From NCBI RefSeq assembly GCF_009914755.1, contig NC_060936.1: a DNA stretch of 64,000 bases; one strand, given 5' to 3'. Below are positions 22,514 to 36,800 of the stretch, in pieces. Within the stretch, counting starts at the first letter, position 1. Every line of letters starts with the position of its first letter. The position numbers and the translations under genes were made by a program. Below the pieces are notes generated by a model, which was given only the letters and a program-made list of their open reading frames with translations, had not been told where the DNA came from and did not search any database. The stretch comes from the human T2T-CHM13v2.0 reference genome, Homo sapiens.

Positions 22514-24845
22514 TGTATTAGTTCGTTTTCACACTGCTGATAAAGGCATACACAAGACTGGGCAATTTACAAAAGAAAGAGGTTTAATTGGACATACAGT
22601 TCCACATGGCTGGGGAAGCCTCACAATCATGGTGGAAGGCAAGGAGGAGCAAGTCCCGTCTTACATGGATGGCAGCAGGCAAAGAGAGAGTGAGGAAGAG
22701 GCAAAAGCGGAAACCCCTGGAAAAACCATCAGATCTCGTGACACTCACTCATTACCATGAGAACATTATGGGGTAAACCTCCCCCATGATTCAATTATCT
22801 CCTACCAGATCCCTCCCATATCATGTGGGAATTATGGGAGTACATTTCAAGATGAGACTTGAGTGGAGACACAGAGCCAAACCATATCATTCCATCCCTG
22901 GCCCCTGCCAAATCTCATGTCCTCACATTTCAAAACCAATCATGCCTTCCCCACAGTCCCCCAAAGTCTTAACTAATTTCAGCATTAACTCAAAAGTCTG
23001 CAGTCCAAAGTCTCATCTGAGACAAGGCAAGTCCCTTTCACCTATGAGCCTGTAAAATCAAAAGCAAGCTAGTTATTTCCTAGACACAATGGGGGTACAG
23101 GCATTGGGTAAATACAACCGTTCCAGATGGGAGACATTGGCCAAAACAAAGGGGCTACAAGGTCCATGCAAGTCCGAAATCCAGTGGGGCAGTCAAATCT
23201 TAAAGCTCCAAAATGACCTCCTTTGACTTCATGTCTCACATCCAGGTCACACTGATGCAAGAGGTGGGTTCCCATGGTCTTGGGCGGCTCTGCCCCTGTG
23301 TCTTTGCAGGCTAGAGCCTCTCTCCTGGCTGCTTTCACAGGCTGACATTAAGTGTCTGTGGCTTTTCTAGGTGCATGGTGCAAGCTGTCAGTGGATCTAC
23401 CATTCTGGGGTCTGGTGAATGGTGGCCCTCTTCTCACAGCTCCACCAGGCAGTGCCCCAGTAGGGACTCTGTGTGGGGGCTTCAACCCCACATTTCCCTT
23501 CCACACTGCCCTAGCAGAGGTTCTCCATGAGAGCCCCACTCTTGCAGCAAACTTCTGCCTGGGCATCCAGGCATTTCCATACATCTTCTAAAATCTAGAC
23601 GGGGGTTCAGAAACCTCAATTATTGACTTCTGGGTACCCACAGGCTCAACACCACGTGAATGCTGCCAAGACTTGGGGCTTGTACCACCTGAAGCCAAGA
23701 ACCAAGCTCTACATTGGCCCCTTATGGCCATGGCTGGAGCCTCTGGGGCACATGGCATCAAGTCCCTAGGCTCCACATAGCTCAGGGACCCTGGGCCCAG
23801 CCTTCAAAACCACTTTTTTTTCCCTAGGCCTCTGGACCTGTGATGGGAGGGGATGCCGTGAAGACTGCTGACATGCCCTGGAGACAGTTTCACAATTGTC
23901 GTAGGGATTCACTTTTGGCTGCTTGTTACTTATGCAAATTTCTGCAGCCAGCTTGAATTTCTCCTCAGAAAATGGGATTTTCTTTTCTAACGCATTGTCA
24001 GGCTGCAAATTTTTCAAACTTTTATGCTCTGTTTTCCTTTTAAAACTGAATGCTTTTAACAGCACCCAAGTCACCTCGTGAATGCTTTGTTGCTTAGAAA
24101 TTTATTCCACCAGATACCCTAAATCATCTCTCTCAAGGTCAAAGTTCCACAAATTTCTAGTGCAGGGGCAAAATGCCACCCATCTCTTTGCTAAAACATA
24201 GCAAGAGTCATCTTTGCTCCAGTTACCAAAAAGTTCCTCATCTCCCTCTGAGACCATCTCAGCCTCGACCTTATTGCCCATATCACTACCAGCATTTTGG
24301 GCAAAGCCATTCAACAAGTCTCTAGGAAGTTCCAAACTTTCCCACATTTTTCTGTCTTCTTCTGAGCCCTCCAAGCTGTTCCAACCTCTGCCTCTTACCC
24401 AGTTCCAAAGTTTCTTACACATTTTTGGGTATATTTTCAGCAACACCCCACTCTACTGGTAACAATTTACTGTATTAGTCTGTTTTCACAGTGTTGATAA
24501 AGACATACCCAAGACTGGGTGATTTACAAAAGAAAGAGGTTTAATTGGACTTACAGTTCCATGTGGCTGGGAAGCCTTACAATCATGGCAGAAGGCAAGG
24601 AGGAGCAAGTCCCGTCATACATGGATGGCAGCAGGCAAAGAGAGAATGAGAAAGATGCAAAAGCAGAAACCCCTGATAAAACCATCAGATCTCGTGAGAC
24701 TTATTCATTACCATGAGAACAGTATGGGGGAAACCACCTCCATGATTCAATTATCTCCCATCAGGTCTCTCCCACAACATGTGGGAATTATGGGAGTACA
24801 ATTCAAGATGAGATTTGTGAGAGGACACAGAACCAAACCATATCA
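22514..24845 (-). mobile_element. Complete THE1 (THE1A-like) MaLR provirus: LTR-internal-LTR
   Basis: LTRs at 22514-22889 and 24471-24845 (TGTATTAG…CCATATCA on +) flank about 1.58 kb of THE1-int. 'gcaaaagcggaaacccctg' is a THE1A-type block. Degenerate TSD caagt/ccagc. Confidence 0.95.
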
Positions 24846-27800
24846 CCAGCTAACCATTTATTCATCTATTCCTGTAATCACATAAAGCATACTCTTTGAG
24901 GGACTACTATGTGAAAGGCAGTCATGTAAGCTGATAAATCCTATTCATTACAAATTCAACACTGGAAGTATGAATAGAGTCTGATGGAAAACAGAGGAGG
25001 AATAGACAAAGAATGCTGCGATTGGTAGTATAATGCCACATTGAGAGGGTGATAGTCGAGCAGGCTCTAGAAGCATACTTAGGGGTGTTAGAGATAAAGG
25101 ATGTGTTAAAGACAATAGAAAATAAACTTTCACTGTATTAAATTGGGTGTGGATATAAAGGTAAGCAAAATTTAATAAAGTAAGATTTGAAAATAAAATG
25201 TATGACTTGGTCACCATGGTCTCTACTGAGATCCCAGGATGGGCAAATCTAATGGTGGGAGACTCAATAGTGAGAGTTCTATAATGGGAACTTTACTTAT
25301 TATCTCTTGTTAACTTGGAATATGGTTTTTATAAGTGCCAGAACCTATAACCTATAAACCTGAGATGCTTTCTCACAAGGCCAAAACTGCCAAAATGTTT
25401 TATTCTTACAATCTCCTGTGATATTTTCAATGAGATGGAAAAAAATGAGAAATAAATAGATTTTATGAAAATACTGGGGACACTTGATGTCCAGATACGC
25501 CCACATGAGAAGAGTCCACATAGAAAGAATCTCCACCTGGAAAGAATGGAAAGGATTGGATGAGTGAATATACTCAGTAAGAAAGCTGAAACAAGGAAAT
25601 TTTTTTGGCTCTGGAAACACAGAGCAGAGAGCAACTGGATCAAGAACAGTTCTGCTAGTCTCTTATCATATAGAACTTTGTGATAATTTACTTTTAAAAG
25701 GTGAATTTAACTCACCCAGTTAGAAATACTTATGATTTTGTCTACTGGTGGTAGGAAACGTATTTGCAGGAGAGGCTGTCATGGCAGTGCTGAGCTGAGC
25801 CCGTAGCCTCAAGTATACTAAAAAAACACCATTTTTCCCTCTCTTTAGGTTAGGGAGGCTCTTGAAACAGAGAGACTGAGTTTCTTAATTCTTGTATGAT
25901 GAAGGAAAGTCTACATAAGAGGTGACTGGGGAGAGGGAAGCAGAGAGGTGCATTAGGATGGGAAATGAGAGTCAAACAAAAGCTTACAAACCTCAATTTT
26001 GTCTGTCTTAACGCTCTGCTTAGAGCCCAATACTGAAGTGTAAGAAAATATTTGGTCTGTCTGTCTCCAAAAGTAATGCTCTTTTCATTACTAAACTCGA
26101 TGGAAGAAGGAAGTAATTACAACTAAAGGAGGAGAAGGAGAATAAAATATATGTTTTACATTGGCAGAAAAACTGGTTATGTTAGCACTTTAGATTGGAA
26201 CAAAAATGATTCAGAATGAAACTCTCTTTTTTTTCCATCCATAGATATTTACCCTATAAATGTTTTTTAAGTTATCCTAAGTTCTAGGTCCTAAACTTTA
26301 TTAATCTATTATCCAAAATTCATTGAGGTACTGTAATAGACTTCTTAAGGAATCTATGCTGTCCATACATCCCTTGCCTTGAAGTATTCATAATATTTAG
26401 TCATCTATTTGCTTTCCTAAGAGGACAAAACATTAACTCTTCCATTATTCCTTTGCCTTGTGTTAATCCTTCAAACACAAGTATTCTCAAGTGGAAGTCT
26501 CATTCATTTCTGCCATCTTAATAGCCATCTGTGTAGCTACACTTTTAACGACAATACTTACAAGAAAGGAAATGCTATTGGATTGAATATCTTAGAAAAG
26601 CATATAAAAATTTATATTTTCAACTGCTTTACTTCTAACCGTCATTTTTTTAATAGAGAAGAAAAAATATCACTTGAAATAATGGTTGTTCATTTACATC
26701 GATCACACTTTCCATCCTCTTCCCAAACTCTCTTGATAATACAATGTAAATATGGGAAATGACATGAGATTTAGTTCCTGTACTGTGAGATAAGACCCTT
26801 AATAGAAGAACCAAACTGTCATTCTTGCAAGAACCTGAAGAGTCTAGAACCTCCAATGTGTAAAGTTAAGAATAATAATAAGAAAGAAAAAAAAGGATGA
26901 GGTGGAGCTACTCAGTGGGATTTATAGGTCACACATTAAAACTAAAAATCTTGATCTGCTGGTTTGGGATCTTACAAATGTTTATCTCTCTAGACAGAAA
27001 GTTAACAAATGACCTTCTATAGTGCTGATATAATTATTTTTCTAAGATAATGAACTTGCTGTTTGACACCACTGCCAATTTTAAAAATAATCTGCTTGTC
27101 TGAAATATCAGAATAATGATTAAGCACAACATGTTCAGAGATCTAAGATAATTTGATATTGACAAGCATTTGTTAATGGTACAAAGTATAATGAGTCTGT
27201 ATTTGATGGTAGAAAATCTGCCATTAGTAGTTAAGCCATCATCATAACAGCTGTTTGACAACAGAAAGAGCTTGTTAGTATTTATTCTGTTTGGCTAAAG
27301 TATCAATTAATACTGAACCAATCAGCCAGCCAGCTAAAAAGAAACATAAAAAATGCAAAGTTCTTTTCTTGCCTTTTCAATATAATTTGAAGCCATCAAA
27401 ATTAAATTGAATGTTATAATTAAAACACATTACACAAGTGTGTTTAATAAAGACTAAAATTCTCTATTAAAAGTGAACAGGAACCAGAGAAACATTTATA
27501 ATGCAAAATAACTCTAAACTGACAACAGTAAACTGCTGTTGCATAGAAATTGGAAAGTGATATTGTTTAATGTCAACAAAGGAGATGCCGAATACCTTCT
27601 TTAAAGAGGCTTGAAAGAAATAATTTACCATGGAAACTCTGCCCAATTCCAGAGACTGCATGTGCTTTCATACAGTGAGAAAATCTGTGAGATTCCAACT
27701 CTTTGTAGAATGTGAGAGGAGTAAAATGGCTGTCCTCATTCCCCACTTTAATTTGAGCAATCCAGAATTTACTATGGAGTGTTCCACTGAACAAGTAGCT

Positions 27801-28369
27801 ACACAAAACTTGAATAGGGGTATCTAAGAAACAACAGCTACATAGACAACCAAAGAACGCTTGCTCAAAGAAGTCTGGGAAATGATGAAGTGAACAACAC
27901 TAAACCTCACCGCAGGATCTCATAGAGCCTTTAACATTTGAGATGTCCTGAGAAGCTCCAAAAGGTGAATGGAGTTCCTACCAGTTCCCAAAATTTGCTT
28001 GACAAAAGTAAACCCTCTTTTTTTGCATAGGGTATATTATGGCATTAGGACTCACTGGAAAATATTAATACAATCAGAATTTAACTAAAAACAAGAAATT
28101 TCAAATTTATATAAATTGCTTCTTTGAATTTTAGGTTTCTAAGAAATATAGCAAAGGTAAAAACTATGTAATATGTAATATGCGTAAACTCTTTTCCTTG
28201 TTTGTGCACTTATACCAAATTTAACTCAAGTTTCCTACCTCATTGATAGGGGATAGGCAACAAGGAAATCCCAAATTCCTGGAAAATTGCTTGATTATAT
28301 AGCAATAATTTATTAATTGTCTTTTAACATAGGGGTATTATCCTTCCAGTAGCATAATGTCCAAGAATG

Positions 28370-28560
28370 CTACAGTGGGATCCAGTCTGGGTTTGCATCT
28401 TGGCTCAGCTACCTACTAGTTGTAACCCCTTAAAAAACTTATTTAATGTCTTTATACTTCTTTTTCTTCACCTGTGAAATGAGAATAATAATAATGTACC
28501 TATATCATAGGTTATTAAGCAGACATCAAATACATGTTATAAGTATTGCTTATATATAAG
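28370..28560 (+). mobile_element. MIR SINE
   Basis: 'ctgggtttgcatcttggctcagctacctactagttgt...cacctgtgaaatgagaataataataatgtacctatatcataggtt'. Confidence 0.75.
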
Positions 28561-31500
28561 TGTGTATAAGTATAACTAAAGGTATGACTTACAGTTTTTT
28601 TAAAAGAATAAGTAGCACTAACTCCTCAATCAACCCCACAATTTTTTTATCATCTTACATCAAAAGTTCACACAAGAGTCAGACCTGAAGAGCTGTGTTT
28701 ATCCTTTGAACCTTACCTTGGCACCTCCTAACTTTTAAAGAGCATCTTCAAATAAGATACTCCCAAGTACTACTTGAAGAGTAAGAGTAAATAAAGTAAG
28801 AGAGACTGTAGAGGGCCTATGAGTCTGAAACCCCCTGCAAAAACTTCAAGATAATGTAACTCTATACAAGCTTTTTCAGAATGATCTGTTCACTCCCACT
28901 GATGCAGCAAAGGACCTTGTTCGTGCTAGGACCAAGAATAGCTATACAGTTGCACATCCTCTAGTTGTTTCAGGTCTGTGATACTCTCTGATGTGTACCC
29001 TTCATGCCACTCAAGTTATTTCCTCCCTGAGAAAATGAAAATTAGAAGAAAAAGGGTGTGTGTGATCAAAATGTTCCATCATCTTCCTTCCTTGGGAGCC
29101 ATCATTTTAGGACAAGGAGACTTCTCTTTTGTCTTTCCATTTCTCACCTAAAGTTTCCATGGTTGTTGGCCTAAAATAATTCTAAAAGTCCTAAAAGATA
29201 TGCATGTTTCTTTTATTGTGACCTTAAGGGAATTCTTAGAGACAGTTAGTTGTACTACTCCTTTTCTCTCTGAAACTCTCAATTCTTCTCCTTTCAACTT
29301 GTGTGTGCTGTGCATAAAATCTGTGAAGGATAAGAATAGTGGTTTAAAAATATTTCAGCTGTTCCTAATATGTAAAATAGTCTAAAATACCCCTCCTTTA
29401 CCTCTTTATTTTTCCTTCTCCTTTGAGGAGTAGATTTTTGGTAAATTTCATTTTGGGACACTTCAGGCATTTTTTTCACAAAACTTAATTATAAATCTAG
29501 TGATATTACTTTTGAAAGGCAATGAAAAATAGAAATTTAAATTTCTAGAAAACATTGCATTTTTACTGACTCTTCCAAATGTTATGCTATACTTTTGAGA
29601 AAGTTTTTTTTTCAATCAGGTTATTGAGATTCTCAGTGTTGGAAAATTATTAAAGAAGAAACAGTATAAGCAATTGACATTTCCTTTTGGGGATTTTGCC
29701 CAGGATTTAGGAAAATGAATGAGGCATGTGAGAAACATTAACAAGGCAGTGTTAGCACATTATAGAAACATAACTATGCATTATTTCCTAAAACTAGTAC
29801 AAATTTTAAACAGTAGATATTTTAAGAGATAAAGATATAAGCTTACTGCAGCATAAAAGACGGTAAAAACCTGTTATCGAACTCCAAATATACTAAGAAA
29901 CAGCAGTGGAATGAGTAATTCTTTCATGAGGAAAAAGTGAGCCATTATTACTGATCAGTTCTGCTTCTGTGTGCCTGTTTAACCTTCTACTTCCTCTCCT
30001 CTTTCCACAGTGGGAACTGGAAGGGAATTGAAGTATCTGGGGCACCTGTTTCTCTGGTAATGTAACAGCCTATAATTTCCACTGGGGCGAGATCCTCATC
30101 AAACCTCAGGGCAAAGCTATTTTGCCTGCAGTTTCTGAGCCATCGATCATGTCCTTAAATATGACTTGCTTCTATGAGATTGCTTTTGAGGATGATGAAA
30201 GGAGAGTTTATTTAGAGGCACCTGTGCCTGCTAGGTGATACTACCTAATTTTGAGCTAAACAAACAAACAAACAAAATACTCTGTAGATAAAATATACAG
30301 CATCTTTTTTTCTTGTTGGATTCTTGAAAAGCCAGTATTCCACATTTGAGAGGTTTAAAATCAGAGCTGACAAATGCAGGATTTTAATTGAAGTATTTTA
30401 TGTAAATAGTAGTATACACTTGTCCAGATATGGAATGAGGTTCTGTTAGGATAATTTCAGTTCTTTAGGAACTGTTCATCTTACATCATCATTTTAGTTA
30501 GAATAAAGACATCCTTTATGTGGTATTCATTGTAAGTAAATTAGTAATTTTTCTTTCATAGTTTATATGTACTGTTGGTTGTATTATTCTGAAAAGCCTG
30601 TACTAAAATTCAAGCTGCCATTATGTATATATTTTTAAATGAGAACTCTTGCATTTCTTACTTGTGTATAACGAAATACCAATGCCTGAAAAATCTGCTG
30701 AAAATCTCTGTTAATACAGTACAATTAAATATGGTTATCAAGGAAATAGGTGAACATAAATTTTAAAAAGTGCTTATGCCCAGAGAAACATGTTTCTTTT
30801 TTTCTACAAAAGTCTTTAAAGTAGCCCTGAGGAGACAAATGACTGGACATCAGTCTATTATCATTTGGAGAATGTGACATAAGCTCCAGTTTTATTTCCT
30901 TTAGAGTTGAAAAATGATCTGTATTTTCCCTGATCTCCTTCACAGTTTATTCTCGTGTAAGTATAAAGTATATATTTTAAAAATATTGTTTAGCTTGCAT
31001 ATCTGGCCACTTGATGACATGAATTATAAATCACAGTATAAAATAGTGTTTTTCCTGGCCAATCAGAGAAAAAAAGAGACAATGAATGCCTTTATTTCAT
31101 TTCATTGGGGGCTGGTGAAAATTAAATGTAATAAAGGCTACAGCTCTAAATGGACATGATCAGATACAATTGCATTGGAAAGTCAGAGGACAATATTAAC
31201 AAAAAGCACTTTTTTATTAGGGGATTCCATTCTTAAATGCTAACACATTTAAAAATAATAAACTGTGTTAATACATAAATATATACTACCTATATCTTTT
31301 TAAAAATGTTTTTAAATTGTCATGGCTTATTGGGCACAGAGGGACACCTCTTGTGACAATTATAAAATCTCCCAGTTGAATATGAATTATGTGTAAAGAG
31401 AAAGTATGTTTTGCCTCTGTATTTTATACACAATGGCAAAAAAATAAGAACCCATTAATTTAGAAAATAGACAATGAGATACTCTCTAATTAAATAGAAA

Positions 31501-32801
31501 GTTTCAGGAACTGGACCTTTGCTTCTCTCTTGCCCATCCCAAACATGTGGATGAATAAGCTCAGTGCATTAGGGATTGGAATTTAGTCTAGGGTAATTTA
31601 GATCATAGAAAGTAGGAATAAGCAGTGGTACCTGAAACATATAACTCTAGGGAAAAAATATATATAGTGTAAAAAGTAGTCTCCATTTGGAGAGATTATG
31701 ACTTGATTTATGTATTTTGCTAGGATTGAATTTTACTAAATTACAGTTTTCAATTTTTCTGTATTAATAGAGATACCTCATTAGGCAATTTGGTGTGCCT
31801 AACATGTACTATGACTAATACTGTTAATGCTTTCAAAATTGGACATAAACACTAGGAGATAGTCATCTAAATTGACTTAATCATAATTTAATTACTGTAT
31901 ACTAAGGCACACCCATTACAAAATTCAGACCCATACTGGCCAAATAATGGATTACAAATAACAGTGTGATCATGCAAGACTGAATAATAAACTCACTTAT
32001 AGATGACTGAGAAAAGATTTTAGGAAAAATTCATAGGATAGTTGTAATGAAGAAGAAAACTCCACTTTTTAAATTTAGAATCTCAATTTTCCAGTCTCCT
32101 ATTTTTCTAGTTTGATGATTGATGAGGAACCAATTACACTTTTGGCTTCCAGAATATAAATAGAAACTTATGACAACATATCCTAACTCTTGCAGCTTCA
32201 ACAATTGGATACTCAATTTCTTTTTTCTATGATAATAAAATTAACAGAAAGAGACCAAAACATTTTTAACCATTAATACTTTATTGCAATAAGCACAATT
32301 TCTGACGGGAGGTGCTCATATGCCATGGAGAAAATTCATTCCCAGTTTTTCCAGATCACAATCAATCTTTCTTGTGACAGTAAAAGGTTTGACCTTCTTA
32401 GAAAGTTGTGGGATAAGAGGAGTCTATTGTTAGGACACAGGTTTAAATATATTCAAGTCCGGACTGTTCTACCAAAAATATTTTTTATGTGAGTGCAGTA
32501 AGAAACTGTTTCAGATTAAGCTCACACTTTCAATTTGGCTCCATAAATGTGTATAGAGCATATAGTGTTTCTAAAGCACAATACTGGGGATTAAAGTCAG
32601 TTCCAGGCATCAGCCGATACGACGCTTGAACCAACCATGATCCTTCAGAGTCCTCTTTAAAACAAAGCTTACTGTATGAAGATTATAATCCATGGATGCT
32701 TAAGCAAAAAGGGGATGAAAAAAAGCAAGTAAAGTCAAGGACATTGCTCCAATGCTTCACATTGCTCTCTGCACACAATCTAAATTTTTTACCTTGAAGT
32801 A

Positions 32802-32851
32802 CAACTTACTCCAGGGCTTGGTTCCCCAACTTACTCCAGAGCTTGGTTCCC
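32802..32851. repeat. 25-bp tandem duplication
   Basis: caacttactccagGgcttggttccc / caacttactccagAgcttggttccc, 1 mismatch. Confidence 0.92.
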
Positions 32852-32899
32852 CATGTGGGGCCAACCCACATGTCTGCCCTCCTGTTTATTATTTTTCCT

Positions 32900-33880
32900 T
32901 ACTATTGCCTTTCCTAAAACCTCTAGATTAATCATATTCTTTCATTACGTGGTTCATTCAATATCACTCTTTCGCTGTAAAAACCTTCCTTCATTTTAAG
33001 ATCTGGATGAGGTAATAAGTCCTTGGAAACCTCTTGTTTCCTCAGGGAAAGTTGCCCCATTCTCTGCATTTCTAGAGTTTATTGCTTATAGCACTGTAAC
33101 TGTGTTTATCATATTATGTTGTAACTTAAAATATGCAAGTTTGTCTCTTGAGAGCAAGAACCTTGTATTATTAATCTTCACATATTCAGTATTAAGAATA
33201 TCAAGCATATACTATTCAAAAAATGTTAAATGTTCATGGAGGATAAGATTTTTTTTTCTGGAGGGAATCTCATGAGCTAGTAAAAAAAACAAGCATAAAA
33301 GAAATAAACAGAAAAGACTACAACACAAGAGTAAGAGCTAACTTTCATTATGTCCTTACTCTATGCTAATTACTGTACTAAAATATGTTCATGAATTATA
33401 TTGAAACTTCATGCCGATTTTAGAAAGTAGGTATTATCACTATATCCATTTTATATATTGCACTGTGCTTTCACATGACATTGACATTTCTTTGTTGTTT
33501 CTCTAATCCACGTTAGACTGTAAAGTCTTTGACTACATGGACTGTATCTGGCACTGCTTCATCCTCAGAATCTTATATGGTGCCTAACACCTAATCAATA
33601 ATCAAAATACTGGTTGATAACATTTGTTAAGGCATTCATGCATGAATCAAAGGATTCCTTTTACCCAGTGTTTTAAAGATTATGACAGCACATGCTTATG
33701 TAATGCTTATGTTGTGCCAGATGCTGTTCTAAGTGCTTTACAAATATTAGCTTACCAAACCCTCACCACACCTTGGGAGCCAGCTTTTGTCCCGGTAAAC
33801 TGAGTAATATTTTACAGATGAACAAACTGAAGCACATATAGGTAAAGCAATTTGGCTAAGGCCATATAGCTAATTATGTA
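32900..33880. mobile_element. Cluster of L2 3' ends and MIR relics
   Basis: L2 motifs ('ttagactgtaaag', 'tggtgcctaacac'). Reverse MIR at about 33340-33440 and 33690-33870 ('tttacagatgaacaaactgaagcac…ggtaaagcaatttggctaagg'). Confidence 0.55.
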
Positions 33881-36800
33881 TTGTGGATAAGGCTCTTAAA
33901 GTTGAACTGAGATAAAACCTAGACAATGAAATCAGCCATGCAAAATCTACTAAAATGACAATTTAGAGATTGTAAATAGTTTTAAGTGGTTTAATGATCA
34001 TTTTTCATCTTTCTTATCTGGTGAACCCTTAGCTTATTTTGACAAATTTTCTTTATTTTCTCTTATCGCTAACCTGTGCTGTAAGCTTAGCTCTCCATTG
34101 TTGATACAAAGAACATGCTCTCTACATATTGCCCGGGATTTATCTCTGAAATTTCTCCTTAAGAAATAGAATTTTTGTTACAATAACCTAGAATGTACTG
34201 TCTGTCTGTCAATTGCCTTTCTAATTTCTGTTCCTAATTAGCATTGAATAAGTTTGTGTGTACTGGAAATAGCCAGAAATAAGATCTTTCAAATGTAGAT
34301 ATGGCTCCTATGATAATTGGGCTATTGAATTTTGCATATCTCTTCACTTCTAAGTAGGCAGAAAAATCTTTCATGCATATTTACCACATTGTTCAAAATT
34401 TCTTTCTCCAACAACTTCTTTTTCTTAATTTGTTCCAAAAGTGTCTCTTGTTTTTCAAATAAATTTATTTAATATAGATAAAATTGTATGTATTTATTAT
34501 GTAAAAAATGATGCCTTATGGGACATATACATTGTAGAATGATAAAATCTAGATAATTAACATATACATCAGCTCACATAATTATTATTTTTCTTGTGAG
34601 AACAGTTAACGTTTGCATTCTTCAGTGTATCTTCATATACTATAGTCATTATGCTGTATAACAGACCTCTTGAATTTCTTTCTCCTATCTACCTGCAATT
34701 TTGTATCCTTTTACCAAATTCTCCCCCTGGGCCCTGTCCAGTACAACTTCCACAGCCTCTAGTAAACACCATTCTACTATCTGTTTCTATGAGATCAACT
34801 TTTTTAGATTCTACACATAAGTGAGCTCATGTGATATTTGTGTTTCTGTGCCTGGCTTATTTCACTTGTCTTTCAGGTTCATCCATATTGTTACAAATGA
34901 CTGAATTGCCTTCTTTTAATGGCTGAATTTTATTCCATGTGTTACCACATTTTCTTTTTCCACTCATCTGTTGATGGACACATAAATTGACTCCAAATCT
35001 TGGCTATTGTAAATAGTGCTGAAATAAACACTGGAGTGTAGATGTCTCTTTACATACTGATTTTATATCCTTTGGATTTATACCCTATAGTGGTATTGCT
35101 AGATCATATTGTAGTTCTAGTTTTAATTTTTTGAGGAACTTCTATACTGCTTTCCATAGTGGCTGTACTAATTTACATTTCCACAAACAGTGTGCAAATG
35201 TCTCTTTTCTCCATATCCTTTCCTAATACTCATTTTTTAAGTTTTTAGTAATAATCCTTCTAACAATAATGAGGTGATACCTCATCATGGTTTTGATTTG
35301 CATTTTCTTGATGTTTAGGCATGTTGAGCATTTCTCATATATGTGTTGGCCATTTGTGTAGCTTTGCTTTAGAAATGTCCATTCAGGTCTTTTGTCCACT
35401 TTTAATTATTTGTTTTCCTGGTATTGGGTCACCAACTTTATAATATATTTAGGATATTCCCCTTATATGATATATAGTTTGCAGATATTTTCTCCCATTC
35501 TGTAGATACTCTATCCACTCTATTGATTGTTTTCCTTCCTGTGCTAAATAAACATTTTTGTTTGATATAATTTCATTTTTCTATTTTTGCTTTTGTTTTC
35601 TCCGCTTTTAAGGTCAGATCCAAAAAATTATTGCCCATACCAATGTCATGAAGCATTCCACCTATCATTTCTTCTAGTAGTTTCATAGATTCAGGTCTTA
35701 TATTTAAATTTTAAATTCATTTTGAGTTGATTTTGTATATGGTGTCAGATAAGGGTCTAACTTGATTCTTCTGCATGTGGAGATCCAATTTTCCTGGAGC
35801 CATTTATTGAAGAGACTATTCTTTCCTCATTGAGTGTTCTTGGCAACTTTTTGAGAAAATAATCGGCTGTGTAAACATGAATTTATTTATAAGATTTCTA
35901 TTCTGTTTCATTGGTCTATGTGTCTTTTTATATCACTACCATGCTGTTTTGAGCCATCCTTGCAGCCCTGGGATGAATCTCACTAGATCATGGTGAATAA
36001 TATTTTTTAATGTTCTGTTGAATTTAATGTACTGTTGAATGTACTATAACTTTATAGTATGTTTTGAAGTCAAGTAATGTGGTGCTGCTAGCTTTGTTCT
36101 TTTTTCTCAAGATTGCTTTGGCGATTCAGAGTCTTTTGTGGTTCCATATAAGTTTTAGGATTTTTTTTACTATTTTTGTGAAAAATGCCTCTGCTATTTT
36201 GATGGAAATTGCACTGAATCTGTAGATTGCTTTGGGCAATATAGACATTTTAACAATATTAGTTCTACTCCATTAACATGGATGACTATTTCATTTATTT
36301 GTGTCATTTTCAATTTCTTTCATAAATGCTGTATAGTTTTCAATGTAGATATTTTTCACCTGCTTGGTTAACTTTATTACTAAGTTTTTGTGTTTTTTTG
36401 TAGCTACTGATAGTTTGCTGTTAATACACAGAAACACTATAGATTTTTGAATGTTAATTTTGTATTTTACATCTTTATTGAATTTATTAGTTCTAACAAT
36501 TTTGTTTTCAGTGGAGTTTTATATTTAAGGTGGTATAAATGTAAGACAGTGTCATTTGCCAATAGGAATAATTTAGCTTCTTCCTTTCCATTTTGGATGC
36601 CTTTTATTTCTTTCTCTTGCCTAAATGCTCTGGCGAAGACTTCCAAAACTATGTTGAATAGAAATGGTAAGAGTGAGCATCCTTGTCTTGTTCCAGATTT
36701 TAGATGAGATCTTTCCATTTTTTTCCAATTGACTATGAATGTTAGCTGTGGTTTTGCCATACATGGTCTTTATTATGTTGAGATACATTACTTCAAAACA

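Noticed and set aside
23069-24446. Series of minus-strand ORFs
   Set aside because: They are broken THE1-internal ORF remnants with multiple stops and frameshifts.
8609-32851. Short direct repeats as a CRISPR-like array
   Set aside because: These are unrelated two-copy tandem duplications with no spacer structure, in eukaryotic DNA.
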